This document shows positions 25,791 to 38,608 of a stretch of DNA of 64,000 nt, one piece after another. The DNA is from Octopus sinensis. Lineage: Eukaryota. Location: positions 17,049,360 through 17,113,359 of the forward strand of contig NC_043019.1 of NCBI RefSeq assembly GCF_006345805.1. The letters run 5' to 3'. A program made the position numbers and the translations under genes. A model generated the notes under the pieces. That model had not been told where the DNA came from. It saw only the letters and a program-made list of their open reading frames with translations, and did not search any database. Within the stretch, counting starts at the first letter, position 1, and each line of letters opens with the position of its first letter.

Positions 25791-27893
25791 GTTCTGTAAT
25801 GAAACAGAATCACAATTAACCAGAATCTCAAAGACAGAACGTTTATCTTTGTACGTTATCAATATCAAAGGTTACCAAAGGATCTACAATTATCAAAGGC
25901 TAAATCAATACTTCAACAAGCTATACATCCCTCTTTCTGACACTCAAGATGGCTTCTCACTCCTACATTTAACTACCAAACTGCTTACTAATGTCTGGAG
26001 GTCAAACTCGTTTATTCAGTCAGAGATAACCTTTGGAACAACAACAACAACAACAACAATGAAATAATCATCAGAATTGTTGCAAATGGACTAAAAGTAA
26101 ATTGCCTGCCAAAGCCAAAGGTTTCAGATTTCAGCACAAGGCCTGTAATTTTAGGAGGAAGGTGGGATAGGTTGATTATATTGACTCCACTGCTGAATTG
26201 GTATTTTGTTTTACCAAACAAAGATGGAAGTTGACTTTTTACTGAGATGTTTTCAGTGATTATAGGAAGTCAATTATTTATTCTCATCAACAGTTTATTT
26301 AAAAGTAACCATAGCAATCTATTAAAATAGTCTTAAAAAGAGTTGATAAAATTGTAAAATGAAAGCAGAGCTTCAAAAACAGACGACATGGGGAATATTT
26401 AAAGACGGAAATAATAAAAATACTTTGTTTAGATGAGTTGATGAGGAGGAAATTATTTTTGAAATGTTTTTTTCAAATCATTTCCTTCCCAAGAGGAAAT
26501 AAAATAGTTTAATGACCTTTTCAACATACAACTCTTTAAATTTGACCGTCTGTTTGTTCATTTTACATCCACTTTTTTCATGCTTGCATGGGTTAGATGA
26601 ATTGTTATTTGGGGTATTAATTTACAGCCAGATGCCCTTCCTGAGGCTAATCCTTACTTGTTTTTCAAATAAGGAATCATTTATTTCACACGGATTTGAA
26701 GGTACAAAATGGTCCCAGACGATTTATCGACAGGAGAAACTTGACAACACCACAACTTTCTGTACTTCCGTAGAAGCGATTGAAGAGGTAAATACACACA
26801 CACACAAAACAAAATAAAACATGACAAATTGTTTATAAGGTTTAAAACTAAATATCTTATAAATAATCTCTTGTGCAGTTTTTATATTTTCTATTTGTCC
26901 TTTGTGAAACCCCCAGATTCATAATAAATGATGAAAATATAATAACATGAGCAGGAATACACATGGAGTTCTAAATACAGGGTGTCTGTTGTGCAATATA
27001 TATATATATTTATTGCTGACGTGGCTGATGACACTACCACATGATTGGCACCGGAGCGGAACCATCCGAGCGTGATTGTTGCCAGGGCTGCTGACTGGCT
27101 TGCATGCCGGTGGCATGTAAAAAGCACCATTCAAGCATGATCATTGCTAGCATCACCTTACTGGCACATGTGAAGGTGGCACATGAAAAACATTTGAGTG
27201 CGGTTGTTGCTAGTGCCACCAGACTGGCTCCCCCATGCAGGTGGCACGTAAAAAACACTTTTTGAGTGTGGTCATTGCCAGTACTGCCTGACTGGCCCTC
27301 ATGCCAATGGTACATAAAAGCGCCCACTACACTCTCGGAGTGGTTGGTGTTAGGAAGGGTATCCAACTGCAGAAACTTTTCCGGATCAGATTGGAGCCTG
27401 GTGCAGCCTTCAGTCAAACTATCCAACCCATGCCAGCATGGAAAGCAGATGTTAAACAACGATGATGATGATGATATAAATATAAAAATGGAACAAAAAC
27501 GCAACAGAGGACATTAAAACATTTGGACAGATAGACGATACAAAGGTGGACAAGAGAAACAACAATTAGAAGGACAGGCAAAAAAAGACGGGTCATTTGT
27601 GGCCTTCTTTCTTCAATCAAGCCCCAGAAGTCACGACCATTTCATACACACACACACACACACATACATATACAATGGTCTTCTCTTCTAGCTTCCATCT
27701 ACCAAACCCATTCACAAGGCTTTGGTAGGCCCGTGGCTATAGTAGAAAACTCTTGTCTTAAGGTGCCACACAGTGGGATTGAACCTGAAACTGCACAGCC
27801 ATGCCTGATTCTACAAGAAATATTAAATCTATAAAAAAGCAACAAGTCACAAAGTTTTTCAAATTGCAAAAAATAAAATTTCTTGTTACTTAC

Positions 27894-28070
27894 CAGCAAA
27901 TGCTTGTAAAAGAATTGCCAATAATTTAAGGAATCTAATAATGCATCTGTTTGTTTTGGATTTACCCAAATACCAAAGCCAAACCACTAATGTAATCACA
28001 GAAGCACCTCCAAGACATGATCCTAAAATTTCCAGTGTGTACGCATAAGGTAACCATTCTAGGGGATAAT
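27894..28070 (-). CDS. Coding exon 2 of the same claudin-like gene (end of ECL1, TM2, basic cytoplasmic loop, first half of TM3)
   Basis: Strong acceptor CCTTCTTTTTCTTTTTCAG| and donor GCTG|GTAAGT. 177 nt, phase 1-1, in frame with exon 1. Reads (D)YPLEWLPYAYTLEILGSCLGGASVITLVVWLWYLGKSKTNRCIIRFLKLLAILLQAFA(G), matching tetraspan topology. Confidence 0.85.
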
Positions 28071-29048
28071 CTGAAAAAGAAAAAGAAGGAATCTATAAGA
28101 ATGGTTACTGAAGAAAAAGAAATTTCAAAGACAACAGAAAATAATTCCAACTTCTGAAAATAAAAACATTAATTCTTTTGGCAACCCATGCCAGCATGGA
28201 AAACGGATGTTAAACGACGATGATGATGATGATAATGATGATGATGATGATCTCTGTTGAAATATGCTGACTGTTTCAATTAAGTTTAAAGATAATGATG
28301 AATCTGTCATAATTAAGATGATGCATGGGATATAAATTAGCATGAAATTTTGGTGAAAGGTTTTAATTTAAGATCCAAGAACCATGTTTGTATCAAAGAA
28401 CTGTGGATGGTGTGAGATGGTTTGGTATGAAAATGGTTAACATATATAACTTCAAAGAGTTATAGCAAAATATTTTGGAACCTTATTTCAAATGCTGGCT
28501 ATTCATAGCAATACTGTTTGCTATGAAATATATTCCTGAAAGGATACTGGTAATGGTGATGACAAATCTGGTTAAAATCCAGCCCACAGCAAATGATTCT
28601 CAGTACATTTATAGTTACCAACATATATATTACGCTAATGTATTACCTGACGCACGATGAGTAACTTCTGCCACCATAGGGAATATCAGAAAACATACCA
28701 TACATACAATAATTATAATTTTTATGTTAATCAAATTTTTTAGTGCTTATGCAAAATAATTAAATAAATACCAATTTCTGCACTCAGATGTGAAAATATC
28801 TGTAAATACCAAACAGGATTTTGTCAGGGATTGGATGACATCAGCAAACAACTGACCACTTCAGTTCCTTGATAAACACATCAACAACATGTTTTTATTA
28901 GTCTCTGGGCTGACTGCTGAAAATGCAGCAAACAACCGAACCATCTTTGGGTGAAACAACATACTTGAATATCATTACTGATTTTGTCATTGGCACCTTT
29001 TCTGTGACAGAACCATTGTGTGTGTGTGTGTATGTAGGTGTGTATATA

Positions 29049-29092
<44 letters not shown>

Positions 29093-29093
<1 letters not shown>

Positions 29094-29313
29094 TTTATTT
29101 AAAGCAGCAGAAAATTCAACAAAACCTGTTACTCTGAGTTTCACATTGCCGTTCGACGGACAGTTTTTTCTAGCAAAAACTGTCTGACAAACGGCAACAT
29201 GAAACTCAGAGTAACAGGTTTTGTTGAATTTTCTGCTGCTTTAAATAAAGCATATTACTCTACCACTGGTATTTGAGTACTCTTTTTTCCACCTTGTTTC
29301 ACATTTATGTGTT
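29093..29313. mobile_element. Penelope pLTR-like element with inverted partial duplication (158 bp palindrome) carrying two decayed hammerhead motifs, between (TA)n tracts
   Basis: 29093-29168 is the reverse complement of 29175-29250 (outer ~50 bp perfect, ~5 inner mismatches). Right arm CTGACAA-ACG GCAA CAT-GAAA-CTCAGAG-TA-ACAGG; pyrimidine-rich tail to 29313, then (TA)n. Confidence 0.75.
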
Positions 29314-29319
29314 TACTCC

Positions 29320-29390
<71 letters not shown>

Positions 29391-31858
29391 TGGTTTGTGT
29401 GGTAGCTGACCAGTGGTTGTGATACAGCTATGATGAATTGCTGCAAGAATTTATGCCACTCACTACAGAATTTAATGACTGCTACAATCCACAATTATCG
29501 CTGACACACATCTTGCATGGACGCTAACTGAAATTATATTCTTTCTCTTGTCACATTGACAACATTTTTTTGTTAACAATTAGATAAATGTTTTGTGGTT
29601 GGACTTCACACAGATTTTTGTTCTGTCAACTAACCAAATATTTTGTGGTTCCATGTCTATTTCTTCAAGAAAAAAGGGGAGTGGAGTAGCATATAGCAAT
29701 ATTGACAATTGTTAACGTGGAACAATTGAAAATATTGGTCTTGATGCTAACAAAGAGAAAAATGGGTTGTCAAAGGATGAACTTGAATGGATGAATCTGT
29801 AACTTTTCATAAAAACTTCACAGTAAAAGATTTGAAATTCCTTTCTAGCCATTGGCTTCAAAGAATAAGCAGGATTCTTTTGAATGGGAAAGAGTATTAA
29901 GAGAAGGGGGGGAGAGAGAGAGAAGGGGGGAGAGAGAGAAGGGAGAGAGAGAGAGAAGGGGGGAGAGAGAGCCAAATAAACAAGAAGTAACAGTGGGTTC
30001 AAATTTTGCCATAGGCCAGCAATTTTTAGGGAGAGGAAGCAAGTCGATTACATCAGCCCCAGCACTAAACTGGCACTTATTCCACTGACCCTGAAAGGAA
30101 AAGCAAAGCTGATTTTTATGGGATTTGAACTCAGAATGTAAAGAGCCATAAGAACTGCTGCTAAGCCTTCTGACGTGTTAACATTTCTGCCAACTTCCCA
30201 CCTTTGAACAGGAGATAACAGTATGATAAGAACAGAACACTTAACCCACATCATGGATATTAAAACGGCCAGCAAAGGAGATATAGCAACTCTTTTTACA
30301 AGTGGTCAATGCTTGTAACAGGAAGTCACAAAATACAGTCAGAGGTGAATGTAAATAGGTTCCACTGGTTCTAATTAGAAGACTAAAGCAGGAAATTAGT
30401 GAAGTCTAGTTGTCACTAACAGACACAAGTGATGAGAGTTAAGTGTATTGGCACCTTTAAGATTGCTAAACAAGAAACTCAACATAAATATTATTTTCTA
30501 AAAAGAGAAATATGGATACATTGGCTCCCAAATTTCCTTAATATTTGTAAAACAGGACAGAAGTTTGACCAAACAATTAAAATAATAATATCAATCAATG
30601 ACTAATATATTTTTTTCTTGTCATAGCATCTTTTTCCTTAATTCTTTGGATGTTACTCAGCCATTAAATATGTTAACACTAATTTAAACTTTCCGTTTAA
30701 TTTTTTTTTTTTTTCATAAGGGTGCTATTTAAGAAAAAAATTCTTTTCTGAAATGTTCAATTGTTCTGTGCAGTGTGCCACTAAGTAAACTTCGCCCATA
30801 ATCTTGTGATAACTGTGCCAGAAAAATATGTGACATTTGTGCCATTAACAATGTGACAATTGTGTCAGTATGTGGTTGTACATAATGATTCTTAAACTCA
30901 ACTAAAATCCAGTTTGTAGAAAAAATTCTAAGAGGATATTTCTATTTAAGTAGCTACAAAACCTGAAATTTTGAGGGAGGGGCTAGTTGACTACATCGAC
31001 CTCAATGCTCAACTAGATCTTATTTTAAAGACCCTGGAAAGATGGAAGGCAAAGTCAACCTTGAAAGAATTTGAACTCAGAATGTAAAGATGGACAAAGT
31101 GCCACTAAGCATTTTGTCCAATGTAATAATAATAATAATAATAATAATGGTTTCAAATTTTGTCACAAGGGCAGCAATTTTATGGGAGGGGATGAGTCGG
31201 TTATATGGACCCCAGTGTTTAACTGGTACTTATTTTATCAACCCTGAAAGGATAAAAGGCAAAGTCAACTTCAGCGGAATTTGAACTCAAAACGTAGCAG
31301 CAGACGAAATACCTATTTCTTTACTACCCACAAGGGGCTAAACACAGAGAGGACAAACAAGGACAGACAAACGAATTAAGTCGATTATGTCGACCCCAGT
31401 GCGTAACTGGTACTTAATTTATCGACCCCGAAAGGATGAAAGACAAAGTCGACCTCGGCAGAATTTGAACTCAGAAGAACGTAGCGGCAGACGAAATACC
31501 GCTACGCATTTCACCTGGTGTGTTAATGATTCTGCCAGCTTGCTGCCTTGTCCAGTGTAATAATAATAATAAAAGCTGAACGTAGATGCTGGAAATAGAA
31601 ACAATCTCTATAATAAAAGATGCTTTGGAAATTATCAAAAGACCTGCTGACAATGACATAACCAAAGCCCCAGGGTCTATAGATAAAAAATACAGATAAA
31701 AAATAGCACAGCAAGGTACCGCACACATATTCCATGTAGGGTACTCTCAATACAGTAACAATAACAAAAGCAAAAGAAAACACTGCACATAGCCAAGGCA
31801 GACAGAACTGTGCTCAGTAGTGCAGTGAAAATAGAAGATAGAATTTAAAAAAAACTCT

Positions 31859-31901
31859 GCATAATAATAATAATAATATAATAATAATAATAATAATAAT
31901 A

Positions 31902-31982
<81 letters not shown>

Positions 31983-32094
31983 GTAATAGTAATAATAATA
32001 ATAGTAATAGTAATAATAATGTTAATGATGATGATGATGATAATAATAATAATAATAGTAATAGTAATAATAATAATAGTAATGGTGGTGGTGG

Positions 32095-32127
<33 letters not shown>

Positions 32128-32160
32128 CGACGATAACGATAACGATAATGATAATAATAA

Positions 32161-32205
<45 letters not shown>

Positions 32206-32224
32206 TAATAATAATAATAATAAG
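31859..32224. repeat. (AAT)n/(GAT)n compound microsatellite
   Basis: Direct inspection. Confidence 0.98.
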
Positions 32225-33164
32225 TATTGTAGAAATAAGAATTTACAAATTCGGTTGATTTAGATAAATTTCAGACACATAAAATGGAGAAATCTACACA
32301 ATTGGGTAATTATTTTAAAGAGGGTGTTTACTAAGAAAAAAACAAAGCAAGAAATAATGCCTCCCTTCATCTCTTGGGATGACTTTTTGTCAGCTAAAAA
32401 ACCTGACATGTTCCACAATGTTAGGTTGCAATGATAACAAAATATGTGATGAGTAAACATCTGTCGGGGTTCAAGAAAGAAAGAAAAAAGAAAGAAGGGA
32501 TTTGGCAGAAGTTGACAAAATACCAAAACAGGGGAAGTTTTAGATTAAGGTTTCTTTTTTTGTGTTTTTATTTTAATCGGGAGAAAAACAAGAAGCACAT
32601 ATTTTATCTTTTATCTGTTTCAGTTATTGGACTTATTTAGCGATGGTGGGAGACAAACACACACACACATATACATGTGTGTGTGTGTGTGTGTGTGTTG
32701 TCATTATCCTCATTTAAGGTCCGTCTTTGATGGTGGCATGGGTTGGACAATTCGACAGGAGCTGGTAGGCCAGAGGACAGCACCAAGCTCCACAGTCTGT
32801 TTTTTTTTTTGGCATGTTTGGTGTGAAAGTGCCACATGTTAGGCGTAGGAGTGGATGTGTGGTAAGTAGCTTGCTTACCAACCACATGGTTCTGGGTTCA
32901 GTCCCACTGCGTGGCACCTTGGGCAAGTGTCTTCTACTATAGCCTCGTCGTGTATGTGTTTGTGTATTTGTGTTTGTCCCCCCAACATTGCTTGACAACC
33001 GATGCTGGTGTGTTTAGGTCTCCGTAACCTTGCGGTTCGGCAAAAGAGACTGATAGAATAAGTACTAGGCTTCCAAACAATAAGTCCTGGGGTCGATTTG
33101 CTCGACTAAAGGCAGTGCTCCAGCATGGCCACAGTCACATGGCTGAAACAAGTAAAGAGTGTGT

Positions 33165-33390
33165 TGTTGGTGAAGGAATCAGTTGACAGAGGGAGAGCTG
33201 GAACAGAACAGGAGACAGGAGGAGGCATAGAAGTGGGGTCAGGTTTGAAGATGTTGCGCTCAAACTAGAAATGCTGAAAGACAAAGATGAGTGGCAAGAA
33301 ACTTGTTTAAGGAAAGACATCCAACTGATGATTATAGCATGGAAATAATAAAATAAAAGGACATTAAAACATCTGATGATGATGATGATG
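33165..33390 (+). mobile_element. RTE LINE 3' end fragment
   Basis: VALKLEMLKDKDEWQETCLRK resembles the RTE C-terminus, followed by a GGACATTAAAACATCTGATGATGATG tail. Confidence 0.5.
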
Positions 33391-34766
33391 ATTGTACGTG
33401 GTTACTTGGTGACCTTGCCATTGTTGGCGCCACGTATAATGTATCTAATACGCTTAGTAAAGTGGTTGGCAGCTGGAGAAACCAGGTGAAAACAGACACT
33501 GGGGCTCAACGCAGTCCCGTCCCCGTTGCTTGCCAGGTCCTATCAAACTGTGTGGTCCGTGGAAAACAGACATTGAATGATGATGATGATGGTAGTGATG
33601 ATGAATGGTACTCAATATTTAGCAATATAGGCAACAGTCCACACACACACACACACACACACACGTGAAATAGCAGCTCAATTAGTATGGAGCCAGAATG
33701 AAGCTTCGTTGGTTTTACTTGATGTTTTGTCAGACTCAAGTTACATACATTTTTCTTTCTGTTTTTTTTTTGTAAGTTGATACAATAATATACTTAAGTA
33801 AATAGCAAAGGAGTTGAATGACAGAAACAAATTGAAATTTAGTTATTGTCAATATTTTCTGTTCACAGCTAAATCAGCAATCAAAGGAACGTTCATGCTT
33901 CTTTTTTCTTCGTCCTCTCTATAAGCAAACAGAAACACACACACACACACACACATGATTTCAAAATGATTTTTCCAAATGTTTTACTTCTTTGTTGAAT
34001 CAGATTTTCAGTAAGTTAGTAACGCAGCCCGTAATATTTACTTACGACGTAGAAGAGATGGCAGCAGCCACAGCAGAAGCAGGAATGCTTTATGAAACTA
34101 TTTCAGCATTTGTTTGTTTATGACTATGAAGAACTGTTCTTTAATTCACACCATTGCTTTATTACAGGAATCTCTTCAGCAGTGATATATGATGTTATTG
34201 GTAAAAATATAAGAAATAGCAAGAAGAGAGTGAAGAAAGCAAACGAGAATATTTGGGACATAATTCTTGTATGAAAATCATGTCTTTTATCCTAACTTGC
34301 TTCAGTCATAGGATTGCGGCCATGCAGGAGCAATACTTTGAAGGGCTTTAGTTGAACAAGTCAAACTCCAGTATTTACTTTTTTATGTGTGGTACTTATT
34401 CTGTTGGTCTCTTTTGACAAACTGCTAAGTTATGAGGACAGAAACGAATTAGTTGTCATGTAATGATGGTGGTGTTGGTGGCAGGAGACAAACACAAAGG
34501 CACAAACACACACACACACACATCCACATATATGACAGGCTTCCATGCAGTTTCTGTCTACCAAATTCAATCAGAACGCATTGGTTGGCCTGGGGCAATA
34601 GTAGAAGATGCTTGTCCAGTGTGCTGCACAGTGGGACTGAATCTAAAGCCACATGGTTGCCAAGTGACCGTCTTGACCACACAGCCATACCAGCACTCAG
34701 CAATGCCAGCGTGTATGTTCAATAAATCTTCAAAATGGTAAGATTACTTTCTGTTCAATGCAAATA

Positions 34767-34810
<44 letters not shown>

Positions 34811-35207
34811 AGAAAACTAATGTTTTCTGAATCAACCCCAGAATCAATGGCAAAAAAGAAAAAACAATTTTTGAAAAATGAGAAAGAGAAGGAAGAGGGG
34901 GAAACATTGAAGAGGAAGAAGGAGGGAGAAGAGGAGTAAATATGAAAATGAATGCGGAGATTGGGGGGGGGGAAGGAAGGGCGAAAGGAAGAGAGGGACG
35001 TGTGGTGTATGGTTGGAGGGGGTTATTGGAGATAAAAACAGCAGAAAAGGAAGAAGACTGAGTGTGTGTGTGTGAGTGTGTGTGTGTGTGTCTACATCAA
35101 TGTGTGGGATATGTGAGGGTGTATTTGTGTGTGAGTAGAGGATGATGGTGAGAGTATGTCTGTGTGTGGGTGAGAATATAGATGTATGAATGAGAGAGAA
35201 AGAGAAT

Positions 35208-35244
<37 letters not shown>

Positions 35245-35805
35245 TACAGTATAAGGAAAATAACACAAACAAAATGTAAAGACTGAATGAACCTAACATA
35301 TTTCCTGAACAGAGAACAGGAGAAGCGGGAAGAAACCGAATCAACATTGGAGAAGCAGAATTACGAAGTCTTTTTAGTTTCAGTTAAACTCACCAGGACA
35401 AAAAAAAACAAACAAAACCCTTTCATCGTTATATATAACATTTCAACATATTTTACATCAAATAATTGTTATAGGAGGTCAATAGTAATTGAGGGGGCGG
35501 GGAGATGTGTAGGGCAGAGTCAGGGGGTGAGCCATTGAAACTAATTGGAGCATCGTAATCTTTCCAATAGAGATTATTGTATAGAACACCTGCTGCTGAC
35601 AGATTCTTAAGGAGTAGGTGAAGGTCTTCTAGAACTGAACAAAATTATAAGAATCATCAGAAAAGTTCCGCAATGAAATAATGGTCAGGTCGCAAAATTC
35701 CACAGAAGTGTCATTTCCAATTAACTCTAAACAATAAAATAGAATCAGAAATATTAAATTTCTAAATATCTCATAGAGATATGTACGGTGGTGAGGCGAT
35801 AGAAT

Positions 35806-36014
35806 GGTTGTATACTGTCAATCTAACGTGACAGTAGGGGATTACACCACCGCTGTTTAGCCCTAGGAAGCATCAACGCTTCCTGATGGCTTTGACACTT
35901 TTTTTTGTTTTTTTGTGTCGAAGCCATCAGGAAGCGTCGATGCTTCCTAGGGCTAAACAGCGGTGGTGTAATCCCCTACTGTCAACGTTCACGTTAAATT
36001 GACAGTATACAACC
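35806..36014. mobile_element. Foldback MITE / near-perfect 209 bp palindrome
   Basis: 35806-35898 pairs with 35915-36014 (3 mismatches, one 7-nt bulge, T-rich loop). Termini GGTTG...CAACC flanked by AAT on both sides. Confidence 0.85.
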
Positions 36015-37036
36015 AATAAAATAGAAATTTCTCATCTAATTGTGAGAATGTTAAAGTAAAAAAGGAATCTGGAGAAGAAACGGTTGGAGATGGATCTCCA
36101 TCGTTACACTATGAGGAATCAGTTATTTGGTCAACTGGCTTATCTACTCTTGAATTACCACGGAATTAGCCGAGTATTTCACAGACAGATGCATCCTTAA
36201 TGTAATTCTTTGATTCAGCACAACAAAGTGACCAGGCCGTACCTTTTTTGATTACAAATACAATCCACTCAATGGTCTTCCATGCAGTTTCCATCTACCC
36301 AATTTTACTCACAGGATATGGCTCTATCAAAAGGTATAAAAAAATGACAATTAACCAAGATGCTACAAGACAGGATTGAACCCCGGGCCCTGTGGTTGTG
36401 AAGCAAACATCTTAATGGTTCAGCTACACTGCACTTACAAGGAGGAAATAGAACAGAAGAAAACCTGTTTATAATGTTTTATAACAGCTTGTGTATTCTG
36501 TCTCTTACAAGTGAATTGGATGTAACAAATCTGGTTATTGAGCTTCCATGAGGTTTTAAATATCATTATTATATTTGAATAAAGGCACAGTATGGCCAAA
36601 TGGTTAAGAAGTTCACTTTGCAACCACGAGGATCCAATTTCAAGCCTGCTGAGTAGCATCTTAGGTAAGTATAATATTGTAAGGCTTACACTTTGGGGGT
36701 TATGGAGACTGTATGGAAGCCCAATGCATGGACTGTAATTGAAATGACAGAACCTTGTAATACAATGTCTCAGACTGATTCTGCCTGAGAATACCATTAC
36801 AAGTACACATGAATCTGTGGAATACTCAACCAGTTTACATGTTCATTTAATGAACCTGGTTTTTCAGGAGATCAAACAACCAAACATTCAGAGTCATAAA
36901 TTCTGGCTGAGATTCATTTATTTTTAGAAATGCTTAACGAGAAAAAACACATTACATTATTACACGTGTTTATGTCTGGGTGAGGTTTGGGTTCTTGTCA
37001 GGTGAGGTGTGTGTGTGTGTGTGTGTGTGTTATGAG

Positions 37037-37079
<43 letters not shown>

Positions 37080-38544
37080 TTTGTGAGTGTGTGTGAGTTG
37101 TGTGTGTGTGTGTGTTGTGAGTGAGTGTGTGTGTGTTATGAGTGTGTGTGTGTTATGAGCGTATGTGTGTGTGAGTTGTAAGTGTGTGTGTGTTTGGTGA
37201 GTGTTTGGTATTTCCAATTTTACACCTACAAATTTCACTATTTTCTGTACTAAAAATAACCAAATCAGATTTAAGGGTTTCAATGAAAGAGGATTGTGTA
37301 ATACTGTTACTAAGAACACAATGTTAATCAACTCTGGTCCTTTAATACTGATTTAATCCCATAACACAATGTTAATCAACTTTGCTCCTTTAATCCTGAT
37401 TTAATCCCATAATCTGTAGATAAAATGCTTCTTTGTCTTTATTTATTGTAAATCTTATTTTTTCCTTAATTGCCTGAGATTTTGTTAATAAATGTCTAAA
37501 AAGTCACAATGGCACAGCTGTGGCCTTTAAATCCAAACTTAAATGGATCTAATTCCAAACTTAAAAGGACCTAAAAAGTAGCTTAGAATTCACAGAAGCC
37601 ACCTAAGTTGTATGTTTTTAATTGAAATAAAAAAAATTTATCTTTTATCTTTTACTTGTGTCAGTTATTAGACTGTGGCCATGCTGGGGCATGAAGATTT
37701 ATAGTCAAATAAATTGACCTCACTCCTCTTTTTTTTCGTATTTTTTAGCCTGGTACTTATTCTATCAGTTTCTTTTGCTAGACCACTAAGTTATGGGCAC
37801 ATAAACACATCAACACCAGTTGTCAAGCGGTGGTAATGGTGGGAAACAAACACACACACACACACACACTCTGTATACATACATACATATATATGTGTAT
37901 ATATAAATATATATTTATATATATACATATATATGTATATACGTATATATATGTATATGCATATATATATGTATATACATATATATATGTATATACATAT
38001 ATATATGCATATACATATATATATGTATATATGTACATATATATATTTATATATATATGTATATATATATATATTTGTATATACATATATATATACATAT
38101 AAATATATATATACATATATGTATATATATATATATATGCATATGTATGTATATACATACATATATATGATGAGCTTCTTTCAGTTTCCATCTCCAAAAT
38201 CCACTCGTAAGACTTTGGCCAGCCCAAGCCTATAGTAGAAGACACTTGCCTAAGGTGCCACACAGTGAGACTGAACCTGGGACCACGTGGTTGGGAAGCA
38301 AGTTTCTTACCATACAGCCACGCCTACGCCTCTATGGTTAGTTTAACTATAAATGAAGGAGTCAGAGAGAGGAGTCTCATAAATTGATGAGTCAGAGATG
38401 AAGGGTTTCATAGACTGACTCCCACTGTCCTTATATTAACTTCCTAACGAGGTGCTGTGTTGCTGTTGTATGGTGCTTAATGAGTTACACTGTTGTGCTT
38501 TCTTGAAATGTTCAGGAACTCTAAATTGTTATGTTTGACATGGG

Positions 38545-38608
<64 letters not shown>

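Noticed and set aside
31674-31838. Hydrophobic frame ILSSIFTALLSTVLSALAMCSVFF...ICVRYLAVLFFICIFYL resembling a duplicate exon 2
   Set aside because: Bounded by stops, no usable acceptor, no nucleotide similarity to exon 2; T-rich strand bias explains the hydrophobicity.
34766-34939. Poly-Ala, K/E-rich 57-aa ORF over (GCA)n
   Set aside because: Low-complexity purine-rich sequence with no supporting signals.
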